Origin: a virus
Virus record (IMG/VR): IMGVR_UViG_3300034196_000019
Span: 26,623-90,622 of that record
Length of the DNA: 64,000 nt
Direction: 5' to 3' (one strand)
Part shown: positions 41,457 to 51,851 of the stretch, piece by piece
Position numbering within the stretch: position 1 is the first letter of the stretch
Layout of the letters: every line of letters starts with the position of its first letter
Made by a program: the position numbers and the translations under genes
The notes under the pieces: generated by a model
The model's database searches: none
What the model was told of the DNA's origin: nothing
The model's input: the letters and a program-made list of their open reading frames with translations, nothing else

Positions 41457-41795
41457 TTACCGCTTGTTCATCATATCCAATCTCTGGATGATATCCAGCT
41501 TCACTTGCTGCATACCTTCTTTGAAGTCCATCCGCGTACCAGACATCTCACGCAAGAACTGAGTCTGTAGTTCCTTCACTTCCTCACGGCTAGCCTTCTG
41601 ATCCTGAAGCCGTCCAATACTTCTTTCAGCAGCCCCTGTACGAGCTGAGAGCCCTGCCATATCGTTCTGGATAGCTTGCCTATCCCCTTGATAGGAATAC
41701 ACCCCCAAAGCAATCACAAAGCCTACAGCCATCTTGCCCCAATGATCTAATATACTTTGCAGCTTGTCTTGTTTAGGCTTTTCATTTTCCGACAT
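41457..41795 (-). CDS. Single-TM coiled-coil lysis-region protein (holin or antiholin-like)
   Basis: TM AVGFVIALGVY followed by coiled coil; ends the lysis cassette. Confidence 0.5.
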   Translation of the reverse strand: MSENEKPKQDKLQSILDHWGKMAVGFVIALGVYSYQGDRQAIQNDMAGLSARTGAAERSIGRLQDQKASREEVKELQTQFLREMSGTRMDFKEGMQQVKLDIIQRLDMMNKR

Positions 41796-42087
41796 CTTGA
41801 GTTCCCTCTCGTGTATATTTATTCTTTAAGCCTTCAATAAGCTTCATATGAGCCCTAAGACAACCCCTATCCTTCACATAGGCATAGGAGAGTGATCTAG
41901 CTGTGATAATCTCCATCCCTTGGGGTAGGTAGGGAGAAGTCTCAGAACAGTTTACAGATAGCAATTCAGCAGGAATATAGAGCTTTTCAACCGCATAAAC
42001 TACTTGTGGCTGCTCTTGTTTATTTGAGCAAGCGTACAAGCTCATCAGGGAGAGGAGCATCAATATCGACAGCAGAATTTTTCTCAT
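41782..42087 (-). CDS. o-spanin (Rz1-like lipoprotein)
   Basis: Signal peptide with lipobox LYAC; overlaps the i-spanin 3' end. Confidence 0.8.
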   Translation of the reverse strand: MRKILLSILMLLSLMSLYACSNKQEQPQVVYAVEKLYIPAELLSVNCSETSPYLPQGMEIITARSLSYAYVKDRGCLRAHMKLIEGLKNKYTREGTQDVGK

Positions 42088-42451
42088 TAGTAATTACCTC
42101 CTTTTGTTGTGTAGTAGTGCTAATAGGAGGAAGACTAAGAATACTATCTGCTGAATATTTAGCTGTACAAATTTCATTCTGAACATCTTTAGTAATCTGG
42201 ATATATTCTTTAGGGCTATCAATCAGCTCTTGTCTAAGATCAGCAATTGTCTTATTCAATTGAACATTAACCAAATACACTTCAGAGCTTTTCTTTGTAA
42301 TGTTTTTAATCTCAGATTGTTGATGCTTATTCAGAGATACAGAAGCTAAAAGAAGAGCAATCAATCCAGCAATGATATATCCAGAGCTAGCCGCTAATAT
42401 CCCAGTGATCCCTGTCGTCATTCCTTTTAGAATAGTGCTTAGGAAGCTCAC
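42020..42451 (-). CDS. i-spanin (Rz-like)
   Basis: N-terminal TM, coiled coil, DAPLPDELVRLL end. Confidence 0.8.
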   Translation of the reverse strand: MSFLSTILKGMTTGITGILAASSGYIIAGLIALLLASVSLNKHQQSEIKNITKKSSEVYLVNVQLNKTIADLRQELIDSPKEYIQITKDVQNEICTAKYSADSILSLPPISTTTQQKEVITNEKNSAVDIDAPLPDELVRLLK

Positions 42452-42704
42452 ATACTTTTCCCTCTTTAGATTTATTAAAGTCCTCTACTTCCTGATCCAT
42501 AAACTTGCCAAGAGCATACATCCCAGCAAAGAACATTCCCCACAAGATTAGAGCACTCACTGTAAGAACAGTATTGAGTACTCCCAATAATGCAAGTCCT
42601 GCCATAGAAATGGCAATAAAGATATTAGATGCTCTTGTGTAATATTTATGGTACTTGCAAATATGAGAATATACTTTTACTTTACGGCTTTGTTTCTTTC
42701 CCAA
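42387..42704 (-). CDS. Holin or pinholin with 2 TM segments
   Basis: Two hydrophobic helices, charged termini, next to the endolysin. Confidence 0.6.
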   Translation of the reverse strand: MGKKQSRKVKVYSHICKYHKYYTRASNIFIAISMAGLALLGVLNTVLTVSALILWGMFFAGMYALGKFMDQEVEDFNKSKEGKVCELPKHYSKRNDDRDHWDISG

Positions 42705-43281
42705 GAATATTCCTTCCCTGCCACTGGCTCATTTTTGTTTTGTAATCTCCAGGCTCATTTCCCATACAATAAGCATATTGTTTAGTAGCGCGAGTAACAA
42801 GCCCAGGAAGCACTTTCATAACACCGCCTACTTTACCATACACCCATCGAGTTAGTTGTAAGCAAGAAGCATCATAGTCTTTATTATTTAAGTTTCTAAG
42901 ATAAGTGCTAGATGCAACATTATTCACACCCTTATTGAATGTGAAATCTGTTCCTGCTGCTTTCATCCATTCAGACTTATATGGTACTTTAACAAGACTA
43001 TAATATCGCTTTTCATGCTTAAGCCAATCTTTAACAAAGATAGCAACACACTCATCTTCTGTATATTTAGGTTTAACTACTTCACCTTTTTGCACAAGGT
43101 GTCCAACACAAACAGTAGTAAGTCCTACAGGATCAATATAGGGGGTGAGATAGAAGCCTTCTGATGGGGCTGTAAGCTCTGCAGCAATGTAAGCTGATGG
43201 ACCACCAACTCCGGTTGCTAGAAGAGCTACAGCTATCTTTTTCTTGAGGGAATCAGTGATTTTAATCTGCATATTCTTCAC
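42682..43281 (-). CDS. SAR-type endolysin (GH24 lysozyme)
   Basis: KKK plus Gly/Ala-rich anchor; EGFYLTPYIDPVGLTT catalytic E/D/T; LPGLVTR. Confidence 0.9.
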   Translation of the reverse strand: MKNMQIKITDSLKKKIAVALLATGVGGPSAYIAAELTAPSEGFYLTPYIDPVGLTTVCVGHLVQKGEVVKPKYTEDECVAIFVKDWLKHEKRYYSLVKVPYKSEWMKAAGTDFTFNKGVNNVASSTYLRNLNNKDYDASCLQLTRWVYGKVGGVMKVLPGLVTRATKQYAYCMGNEPGDYKTKMSQWQGRNILGKETKP

Positions 43282-43847
43282 CCAATAGCGCTAGTGGTTG
43301 AAATATCATTTCTGCAACTGTTTCTTTTTTCTGAAACTTCTTCTGGTATTTCTTTACCAGTTTCAATTTTACGAATTATATACCAGTCTGTATCCTTAAG
43401 ATAAGCAATCGCAGAAGCTCGCTTTGCTTCTTTTTCAATATCCAAAGGAGTTTCAATTTTCTGTAGCTGAGACCAATCCATTTACTAAACCTCCTCGTTA
43501 CTTGGAACAATTAATAGTTCTGATTCCCCTTGTGGGGATGCGTCGGGGAACGGGACTGCCCCATCAACTACATCCAAGTAAATTGGGGTTAAAGGGTTAC
43601 GAATCTCTTCTGGACTCCTCCAATCAACTGGAAATAGAAGCGTTATATTTATAATACCGTCAATTCGTTCTATAAATTCACCGGTTACAAAGTAATTACT
43701 GCCAATTGCGCTTGCTGGTAATCGGAAACCTGATTTTAAAGGAGAGAAGTCAAACTTTTCGCCATTGATGGTGATTACATCGCCGCTTACTGATGCCTCA
43801 ACAGACCAACTCACAAGATCAGGCCAAAGTTTAATTTTCATTTCCAT
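43278..43847 (-). CDS. Two tail-fibre assembly-type proteins (43278-43481, 43485-about 43841)
   Basis: YLKDTDWYIIRKIETGKEIP; VITINGEKFDFSPL...LPASAI. Confidence 0.7.
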
Positions 43848-45037
43848 CTACCCCATACACTAAGAACCGCACTTGAAAAGGATTGAGCTGTAGCCCCGTT
43901 ACGTATAGAACAAAATACATTGGTGGGAGATGTTGGTGTGCATACAGGGGTATAATAGTCATTAGTCGCTGCTGGGAAAGCTGTAAGGGTGGCCCCCACA
44001 GAGCTTGCACCAATAAATATGCTTGGAATAACTACAGTAAACTCAGCCCGTGCGGCTGCGGCAGTGGAGGGGATTGTATTCGAAATTACCCCAATAACAT
44101 GGGCGATACCATTTGCGAACTTCGAAATGGTATAACCGTTTACCACGGTAGATGACATTAGCCCGACGGTGGTAGAAGGGTCTTGGATTGCATTACCAGT
44201 ATGAAAAAGCTCTATCTCTGGCGTAAGTGAACCAGAATAAGACCCTCTCATTTTAATAGTACCAGTGTTTCCAGGCGTTGAGTAAGGCCAAGCAATCATT
44301 AGCCGGTTATTATCTGTTCCAGCATATAGTATAGTCTGTTTGTACCATATACCTGTACCTCCTGTTGGACCATTTGTGGGGTTTAAGTATGTGGTATTAT
44401 CAAACCCCTGTCCTTGTAAGCTCCCCCAGAAATCTGTTGTGACCGAGCCACTGGAGTATCCAATACGTTGTGCATCTGGGACATTCCCAGGGGAGTTGCC
44501 AACTGCCGCCATTGCAGCAGTGCCAAGCCCAAGATTCGTTCTTGCTGTTGCGGCAGTTGTTGCTCCAGTACCCCCTTTTGCTACCGGCACTGTATTTTCT
44601 ACGGCTACAGTGCCGAGTCCAAGTGCTGTACGGCCAGCCGCAGGAGTGTTTCCGCCTGTACCCCCTTGTGTAACAGACAATGGTGTTGTAAGACCTGTAA
44701 TTGAGGTAATATCACTATTAGCACCAGAGTTTGCTTTTGTAGATGAGAATTGTCCTATTACAAGGGACGCTGCTCTCAGGGCATCAGCACTATCTTTAAC
44801 ATAGCCTTCCATAGGAGCAATAACATATACTCCACCAGAAGCTACAGATGCTCCTCTATAGTTTGGATAAATCCCCAACGATGTGTTGCTAACAACATTA
44901 ATTACTTCATACCAATTACCATCAGGACCAGAGAAGGCATCACCAACACGGGCATTTGCAATGAAGGCTGTACCAGTACCAACAACAGCATTAGAGTTTA
45001 GAGTAACCTGTACTGTACCTGTTTTATACCATGTCAT
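43838..45037 (-). CDS. Tail fibre / receptor-binding protein
   Basis: MTWYKTGTV...RVGDAF N-terminus typical of Pseudomonas fibres; GGTG repeats; GRWK end. Confidence 0.85.
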   Translation of the reverse strand: MTWYKTGTVQVTLNSNAVVGTGTAFIANARVGDAFSGPDGNWYEVINVVSNTSLGIYPNYRGASVASGGVYVIAPMEGYVKDSADALRAASLVIGQFSSTKANSGANSDITSITGLTTPLSVTQGGTGGNTPAAGRTALGLGTVAVENTVPVAKGGTGATTAATARTNLGLGTAAMAAVGNSPGNVPDAQRIGYSSGSVTTDFWGSLQGQGFDNTTYLNPTNGPTGGTGIWYKQTILYAGTDNNRLMIAWPYSTPGNTGTIKMRGSYSGSLTPEIELFHTGNAIQDPSTTVGLMSSTVVNGYTISKFANGIAHVIGVISNTIPSTAAAARAEFTVVIPSIFIGASSVGATLTAFPAATNDYYTPVCTPTSPTNVFCSIRNGATAQSFSSAVLSVWGRWK

Positions 45038-45049
45038 TTATTTATTCTC

Positions 45050-45700
45050 CTAAGCTATTTGTTTTGCAAAAACTACCGGGATATACTGTGCTGTAGGAAG
45101 ATCCACTCCTATTGCCTGAAGAAGAAGTCGGTTATTCCCATATTCCCACAGAGCATAAAGGTTACCTTGTCTTGAGGTGGTACCCGGCATGTCCATTGCA
45201 ATATTATTTAATAGCATATAATCACCAGTATCTAACGGGGATGGTGCAGTCCATGATAATCTATAAACACCTGGACTTACTTGTGAGTACCCCAAGTAAG
45301 TCCAAGAAGTAAGAGTTCTTGTAAATTGAGCACAGGGAGTATCATTGTCGAAAAGTAGAACATTGTTTTCATCCCACAACCTCAAGCCATACGAGGCTTT
45401 TGGTGAAGACTTAAATCCAGAAGCAAACCAGTTCCCAGAGGAAAATGCACCATTTGTTCTAAAGGAAAATCCACTCCAGCTCCCAGAAGAGCCATTGACA
45501 TTGCAGAATGCAAATGTATTTGACTGGTTCGGCCTTACAAATATTAAAGGTGGCTCTGTTGTAGTTATTACTTGAGGGAATGTTATTGTTAATGCGGATG
45601 TTCCACTCCAAGTTCCGCTGCTTAATACAACAAGCCTAGCAAACTCGGAGTCTAATGTAACAACATCGCTGTTATTTGTAAATGTTAGTCCATAAGACAC
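45050..45700 (-). CDS. Tail-tip accessory protein (true start GTG at 45700)
   Basis: SYGLTFTNN and YGLRLWDENN repeats; TAGTG overlap with the upstream gene. Confidence 0.75.
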   Translation of the reverse strand: MSYGLTFTNNSDVVTLDSEFARLVVLSSGTWSGTSALTITFPQVITTTEPPLIFVRPNQSNTFAFCNVNGSSGSWSGFSFRTNGAFSSGNWFASGFKSSPKASYGLRLWDENNVLLFDNDTPCAQFTRTLTSWTYLGYSQVSPGVYRLSWTAPSPLDTGDYMLLNNIAMDMPGTTSRQGNLYALWEYGNNRLLLQAIGVDLPTAQYIPVVFAKQIA

Positions 45701-46026
45701 TATTTGTTCCTCATTACAAGAAGTCTCTGTGGTGTTGTACCAGTAGGGCCAGTTCCTGCGGCGGGACTCCCAAAGTACACTGTAACCCCTCCAGTACCAA
45801 CAATAGGAGTAAACATTATAGCAGAGGTGAATTGGGCAGTAGTGTCGTATGCAACAACTGGAATACATACTGCTGAGTGGGTAGATGCAGATACTTCCGG
45901 GATGCTTATGAATCTACTTCTCCCAGATGGGGATACAATAGCAGAATAAACAATCCTTACAGTAAAAGAATTCTCATCTAGCTGGAGAGTCCCATTGGCT
46001 CCCCATATCCTCATTCCAAAACTCAT
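45700..46026 (-). CDS. Tail-tip accessory protein
   Basis: MSFGMRIWGANGTLQLDENSFTVR; follows J. Confidence 0.75.
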   Translation of the reverse strand: MSFGMRIWGANGTLQLDENSFTVRIVYSAIVSPSGRSRFISIPEVSASTHSAVCIPVVAYDTTAQFTSAIMFTPIVGTGGVTVYFGSPAAGTGPTGTTPQRLLVMRNK

Positions 46027-49000
46027 TCTGTAAGGTCTCCTAATTGCACACGTTTAACACCAGCAGCATCATACACCCTCAATGATCTATTAGTCATAGT
46101 CATCTTACCTTGCCCAGCTACACTACCATTAATCTCAAATGTACCCGCTTTAGTCAGCCTCCAACCAAGAGAGTTTGCAACATAGTTATCAGATTGCAAA
46201 GCATCACCAATCTTAAGCATTGTAATGCTACCATCTTGGATAAATGCGCTCTGGATAAATACTCGGTTATTCTCCACAATAAATGGAATACTCGTACCAC
46301 CGGCACCATTAATTACAGCAAACCTATTAGCATTCACCAAGAATTGACTTTGCAATGCACCAACACCGTTAGCTTCAATGCTCAGACCAACACCTGCTGC
46401 AACATACTGACCGTTAGCATTAAGCTCCATCTTAACAGACCAGATTGTACTTAGTTTACCATTAGTGTCAGCAATAGCTTCACTTGTTGTATTGATAAGA
46501 GCAGTATTACCATCAACGTTAACTTGAAGTTGCTGAATAGCTGTTGCTGTAGCAGCATTGTTAGTAACAACTACTTGCTCAAGATCAGTTACTTGACCTT
46601 TGTTAGTATCCACCTGCGCCGTAAGTGTTGTTACACTGCTAACGATAGCTAAGTCCTGTTCTGCTCTTACTTTAACTTCTTGGTTAAAACCAGTAAGGCT
46701 GTCCCATCCACGAAGAGCGTCTGTAAGATCACCCTCGCCATTATCATTACGATATTGAGCACGTAGCGCTGTAAGCTGAGAAGCTGTAGCAGTGAGACGA
46801 CCATCCACTTCTTCAATCTTAGATGTGTTCTGCGTCACTTGCAAAGCAAGAGCATTCACGGTTTGTGTGATAGTACCAATATCTTGCCAATAGGTTTCAT
46901 TTGGTGGAGATGTATTAACTGGGACATTTATCTTAGCCTGGTAGAGTCTCTGCCCTACTCTTACTGTATCTCCAGCAGAATAAGTTGCTGTGTCTTTCCA
47001 TTCAAGAGCGTCTGTCAGATTGCTAATACGTTCATTTACAGACCCAGGACCATCACCATCAATCAAATCAATGCGATCTGCTAGGTTTTGCCCAAGAGAG
47101 CTATTCTTAATTTGACCTGCAAAGTATTCCTCATATTCCGAAGGATCATTGCTAGACATGCCTTGTACACCATTAAGTGTCTCTAGTGGAAGGAATGGTC
47201 CAATATTACCAGTGCGGTCGATAAGACGTGCCCAGTAGTAGAATGTAACACCAGCGGCCAGACCATTAATATCATGAGTGATCTGAGGATATGCAAAGTC
47301 ACCTAGTTTAGCTGCTAATGCAAAGCTTGGTGAACTACTCTGATAAATCTCTGTACGAGCAGCATCCTCTGAGCCCGGAAGGAATGTCCAATTAAGTCTT
47401 TGCCCATATACAAGTGGTGTTACAGTGAGAGATGCAAGAGATGGAGGAGCACCTGCTTTACCTTCAAGGGGTGTAGTAGCACTCAATCCCCACAAACTCT
47501 TAATCCCAAGAGCATTGATAGATCTTACACGGACAACATATTCACCAGTGTAGATACCACGAATACTAAACTCTTGTGCGCCTGTAGTGCCTAGCGTGAT
47601 CCAATCACCAAGACCGATCTTATACTGACCTTCATACATTACAGCATTCTCTACAGCATCCCAAGAAACTGTCATTGTAGTTACAGCAAGGGTCTGCTCA
47701 ATAAACGAAGCTGCTGTCACAGTAATAGGAGAAGGAGGATTCAAGAAAGCGGGAGGTACTTTACTAACTGGCCTGGATTCAAGTCTAGCTCCATTATCAA
47801 TAGCAGCAAACTTACTCTGATTGTACTCTACACCAGTCACCTCATAAACACCATTACCAGAATGAACGAGCTTAGTTACCTTAAACAGTTGATTCTTAAG
47901 ATCAGATGCCTCAAGATACCAAACAGCATTTACCATTGGTACTTCTGAATATGCTGTACTAACTGTTACTACATTACCTTGCACTTGATCAATTGTTCTT
48001 GCTTGCTGTGTACCATCTCGTAATGCTACAAACAACCGATCACCAGCTTTAGCTTCTGTAGCTCTGTCGAGAGTTACAACCGTAAGGGTGCCAGACTTAA
48101 GTCTACCAGTGAAAGGCTTACCAGCAATAAGAGGATCAGCTACACCAATAATCTTCCCTGGCTGTACTTTAGAGCTAAGACCTTGCAAACCAGTCTTAAA
48201 TGTCACAGTACGATTGTACAGGTTTGTCAGAAGGTTATACTTCCCCTTACGCTGAGCTTCCCCACGAGACGTACAGCCAATAGCAGAAAGCTTAGTCTGC
48301 CTATCTCCACCCCAACGAAGAATCTCTGCTTTCTCCCACACAGCCTCTACTTGTGTACCGTAGTGGTTTGTAGGTTCATCATAACTAACAAGAGCTGATG
48401 TATAAATACTTCTCTCATCTGTTGCTTGACAATCAAAGTTACCTTCTACGACATCAGCACGGGAAAATGTAGGAATATTATCAGTAGACTCTTCTTTGTC
48501 AGCAATGGCAATAAACTCATTACCATTCCAATACGTCATACCATTAAAGATGCTACAGATATCTCTCAGTACTTGCCAAGCATCTGTTTCACTTTGCAGA
48601 TAGACATTGCATGTATGGCGAGGTTCAAAAGTGCCAGAGCCTTTTCCATCATCTACCATTACATCGCAGTACTGAGCTACTTCATAAAGATCCCACTTAC
48701 TGACTTGGTTTAGATTAACTCGATTGCCAAGACCAAATCTTTCATTAGTGACGATATCAAGAAACACCCAAGCTGGGTTATCTGTCCAAGCCCATTTAAA
48801 ATCTCCAGTCCATACCCCTGTATAAGTACGCGTCTCAGGATCATAGTTGCTTGGTACACGAATAATGCGACCTTTCACTTTAACAGAGATAGCTGGAATA
48901 CTACCGCCACCAAACAGACGTGAGTCAAACTGAACAAACAGGAGAGCTGTGTTTGGATAACGTTGCTTTGCGTCTACAACTTCTGTGAAGCTCTTAATAG

Positions 49001-49661
49001 ACATACTATCTTGAATAGAAGAGCTTGTGCTATCTACAGTTGTACGTCTTACTCGAATAGTCCAACCAGAAGATGGATTCTTTGGGAGGTTAACTCTGTG
49101 GGTTCTTTCATATGCACTATTTGTTTTACCACTGACAGTGTAATTCTGATATGTGACAAAAGGACCACCATCTGTTGCAATATCAATAGAGTAATTAATT
49201 GCATACCCTACTGTGTCCCCGTTAGTGAGCTGTTGCTGAAGAGCTGGGAAGTTAAGTGTTACACGAACAGCAGAGAGGGAGACTTTAGTAATCTGCCTAA
49301 CCCACGGCGTTACATATTTAAGGGAAAAGTTAACAGTAGTCTCGTTGCTTACTTCTGGATTGCCTTGGATGTAAGGTTGGTCAACAGTGCCACTTCTCCA
49401 TTCCCAAGTAACACCACCAAAGTTCTCTTCACCACCAGGACCAATCAGTGGCGTTCCATTTAAATAGATATCTCTCCCTGTAGGAGTACCAGCAAGCTCT
49501 CCCTCTCCAACAGCTACAAGTACTTTAGCATAAGCCACAGACTGAAGGTTATTAGGTGTTTCTACCGGAGTATGTGCTTCCTCTTGACCACCTTTCGAAC
49601 CTTCTACTACAGGAACATAAGCATTAAACTTAGCACCATACTCTTTCTCTAAATCCCGCAT
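46023..49661 (-). CDS. Central tail fibre / tip attachment protein (lambda J-like)
   Basis: YPNTAL, VPSNYDPETRTY, WTDNPAW, FN3-like repeats, coiled coil, DUF1983-like end. Confidence 0.95.
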   Translation of the reverse strand: MRDLEKEYGAKFNAYVPVVEGSKGGQEEAHTPVETPNNLQSVAYAKVLVAVGEGELAGTPTGRDIYLNGTPLIGPGGEENFGGVTWEWRSGTVDQPYIQGNPEVSNETTVNFSLKYVTPWVRQITKVSLSAVRVTLNFPALQQQLTNGDTVGYAINYSIDIATDGGPFVTYQNYTVSGKTNSAYERTHRVNLPKNPSSGWTIRVRRTTVDSTSSSIQDSMSIKSFTEVVDAKQRYPNTALLFVQFDSRLFGGGSIPAISVKVKGRIIRVPSNYDPETRTYTGVWTGDFKWAWTDNPAWVFLDIVTNERFGLGNRVNLNQVSKWDLYEVAQYCDVMVDDGKGSGTFEPRHTCNVYLQSETDAWQVLRDICSIFNGMTYWNGNEFIAIADKEESTDNIPTFSRADVVEGNFDCQATDERSIYTSALVSYDEPTNHYGTQVEAVWEKAEILRWGGDRQTKLSAIGCTSRGEAQRKGKYNLLTNLYNRTVTFKTGLQGLSSKVQPGKIIGVADPLIAGKPFTGRLKSGTLTVVTLDRATEAKAGDRLFVALRDGTQQARTIDQVQGNVVTVSTAYSEVPMVNAVWYLEASDLKNQLFKVTKLVHSGNGVYEVTGVEYNQSKFAAIDNGARLESRPVSKVPPAFLNPPSPITVTAASFIEQTLAVTTMTVSWDAVENAVMYEGQYKIGLGDWITLGTTGAQEFSIRGIYTGEYVVRVRSINALGIKSLWGLSATTPLEGKAGAPPSLASLTVTPLVYGQRLNWTFLPGSEDAARTEIYQSSSPSFALAAKLGDFAYPQITHDINGLAAGVTFYYWARLIDRTGNIGPFLPLETLNGVQGMSSNDPSEYEEYFAGQIKNSSLGQNLADRIDLIDGDGPGSVNERISNLTDALEWKDTATYSAGDTVRVGQRLYQAKINVPVNTSPPNETYWQDIGTITQTVNALALQVTQNTSKIEEVDGRLTATASQLTALRAQYRNDNGEGDLTDALRGWDSLTGFNQEVKVRAEQDLAIVSSVTTLTAQVDTNKGQVTDLEQVVVTNNAATATAIQQLQVNVDGNTALINTTSEAIADTNGKLSTIWSVKMELNANGQYVAAGVGLSIEANGVGALQSQFLVNANRFAVINGAGGTSIPFIVENNRVFIQSAFIQDGSITMLKIGDALQSDNYVANSLGWRLTKAGTFEINGSVAGQGKMTMTNRSLRVYDAAGVKRVQLGDLTE

Positions 49662-49670
49662 AGCTTCTCC

Positions 49671-50246
49671 TTACAATTGATCCTCTGCAAGGATGCCCGC
49701 AGAGATAATAGCACCACCAACTTCACGCTCCCCATAAGGAACACCAATAGGATTTCCTTGTGCTGTAGTATTTACAGGTCCACCAAAAGCATAGGATGCC
49801 TTATTCTCAACATCCTCTTTTGTCTTTAATCCTTGTGCTTGTGGGGTAAGCATTTGAGCTACACCACCTAGGATAAGGGAGATGCCTAGACTATATGTAC
49901 TACCACCTGTAAAATAACCAATTACAAGAAATGCTACACCGAGAATAGTCTGGAATAATCCGGCTCTTTTACTACCCTCATAAACTGGGAGGATTCTTAT
50001 AATAGATTTTTTACCAATATCAAATTCATCTGTATCCTTGATATTATGTTTACCGTTAAATACAGCAAACCGTACACCTTTACTCTCCGATTCTTCCATA
50101 GCTTTGGCAAAGCCTTCCACTTGAAGTCTCATAGCTTTAATAGCTTCGCTACCTTTACCTACTAGAAACTTGTGGCTTCTACCGAGCTTCCTAAGATAAC
50201 CACCAAGCCTCACTTCCACCCAATATTCCGTACTAACGCTAGACAT
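49671..50246 (-). CDS. Tail assembly protein I-like
   Basis: GSKRAGLFQTILG, SYAFGGPVNTTAQGNPIGVPYG. Confidence 0.9.
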   Translation of the reverse strand: MSSVSTEYWVEVRLGGYLRKLGRSHKFLVGKGSEAIKAMRLQVEGFAKAMEESESKGVRFAVFNGKHNIKDTDEFDIGKKSIIRILPVYEGSKRAGLFQTILGVAFLVIGYFTGGSTYSLGISLILGGVAQMLTPQAQGLKTKEDVENKASYAFGGPVNTTAQGNPIGVPYGEREVGGAIISAGILAEDQL

Positions 50247-50247
50247 A

Positions 50248-51090
50248 CTAAACTCCTTGAGGGATATTCTTTATATCCTTATGTCTCAGGATCATTCTTG
50301 TTCTTTGTGACCACTGTCCACCATAGACAATAATCTCACTATTCTTTCCGTACATATGATGTAGCATGAAAGGACCACCATGCAATCCACGACCTTCAAA
50401 TTCTTGTGTATGACCAAGATAGATTCCAGCATGGTTTGGATGATATGATTTACCAATCTGCATCACAATCATATCCCCGGGTCGAGGGGTAGTTACAAGT
50501 TCAAATCCGGCTTTCTCATAAAAGTCTTCATACAAGGACGGACCTTCTTTATTCTCCCACCACAAATCTTCTCTTTGGAATCGTTCAAATTTAAGGCCAT
50601 GATACTTGCTATAATAATCAGAACATACTTGCCAGCAATCCCAGAAGCCGTGGACGAAAGGACGACCAAGCAATTCCTCACGTTTTTCAGGCAGTATTTG
50701 ACGATAATCACCTTCGGGCCAGCTTACTATGTGCCAAGGGATTGCGTTGCTTTCAGGGTCTATTTGTAGTTCAATCTCTCGGTTTGCGCTCATTACAGCA
50801 AGGTCATACGAGCTAGGAGTTGTTGCACTATCTGGATGGCTATGAACAATCCCCACAACCTCTCCAAGATCATCAGCATCTGCAAAAGATAGAGGATTCA
50901 TCTTAAAGTCTTTGGTCTTATCTGCTGCAATATTCTCGCAGCGAACATACAGCTCTTCACCTTTATCTTCTGTTATTACTACAACACCACAAATCTCTTC
51001 TGGATAGCCTTCTTTGGCATGTTTAAGAATGGCATTAACTGTAGCCCTCTTTAGTTTCTTTGGAATACTGTTACTATTATTTATTGCCAT
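50248..51090 (-). CDS. Tail tip protein K-like (JAB plus NlpC/P60)
   Basis: EICG, HSHPD, DCW, NHAGIY, LHH. Confidence 0.9.
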   Translation of the reverse strand: MAINNSNSIPKKLKRATVNAILKHAKEGYPEEICGVVVITEDKGEELYVRCENIAADKTKDFKMNPLSFADADDLGEVVGIVHSHPDSATTPSSYDLAVMSANREIELQIDPESNAIPWHIVSWPEGDYRQILPEKREELLGRPFVHGFWDCWQVCSDYYSKYHGLKFERFQREDLWWENKEGPSLYEDFYEKAGFELVTTPRPGDMIVMQIGKSYHPNHAGIYLGHTQEFEGRGLHGGPFMLHHMYGKNSEIIVYGGQWSQRTRMILRHKDIKNIPQGV

Positions 51091-51113
51091 TCTTAAATTC
51101 TCCTTTGTTGCTA

Positions 51114-51851
51114 TTATGTAATAAGGCTACTTGCAATAAATCCACCAAAAGGAAGTTCTGCCTCTTCTCCAAACCTTAGCTTACAATCAAGACATAACCC
51201 ACCACAAGAGTCCTCTGCTGGATTGTCTGTAGGAACACCTTTGTCTGTAAAGAATACATTACCAGTCCATCCGCAATCTGGACCTCTATATCCATTGTTT
51301 AATGCCCAATGACATACTGAGTAGATTTGTCTACGGGGTAGTTTCTGTCCTGTAAGGTCTGCTGGAGAGGATAGTTCGAATGCTACAGTCTTCTTATTCT
51401 CAGAAGTCTTTCTTGTGATATACCAAGTTTGTGTGTATTCCATTTCTGGATCAGCATCCCTACCACCATCCAGATACTGCTCAAATGTAAGATGTTCCGT
51501 TACACGAGCTTTGAACAAGTTCTGTAGCTGAAGGCATAGAGAACTAATAGAACCATCAAGGTTGGCTACAGTGAGTGTAGGAGACGGGCTACTACCTGTA
51601 CCATCCATCTCCACCCCTTCAAGCTGATAAGGCCAGCAAGCATATTCATTCCCTTGCCAAAGGATTGTCTTAGCTGGAATATCCATTCCTGATGCTTGAG
51701 CAGTTAGCAATTCAGCTTCTGTGTGTGGTACGTTATAGTTATGAAAGCGTAGAATACCCCCTTGGAACTCTGTACAATCTACTTCAATTAATCGTACCTT
51801 AGCTCCAGGCTCTAGCTTCTGAATCACCTCAATAATATCTTCTTGAGCCAT
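51114..51851 (-). CDS. Minor tail protein L-like
   Basis: PTLTVAN, FELSSP, C-terminal Cys cluster CHW..C..C..CKLRF. Confidence 0.9.
   Translation of the reverse strand: MAQEDIIEVIQKLEPGAKVRLIEVDCTEFQGGILRFHNYNVPHTEAELLTAQASGMDIPAKTILWQGNEYACWPYQLEGVEMDGTGSSPSPTLTVANLDGSISSLCLQLQNLFKARVTEHLTFEQYLDGGRDADPEMEYTQTWYITRKTSENKKTVAFELSSPADLTGQKLPRRQIYSVCHWALNNGYRGPDCGWTGNVFFTDKGVPTDNPAEDSCGGLCLDCKLRFGEEAELPFGGFIASSLIT

Noticed and set aside
33762-45037. Diversity-generating retroelement or invertible tail-fibre switch
   Set aside because: No reverse transcriptase, invertase, or adenine-specific TR/VR pair seen
45700-45868. N-terminal extensions of tracked ORFs (45050-45868, 20481-20816, 39500-39838, 7106-7384)
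   Set aside because: They overlap neighbouring genuine genes; better starts lie downstream
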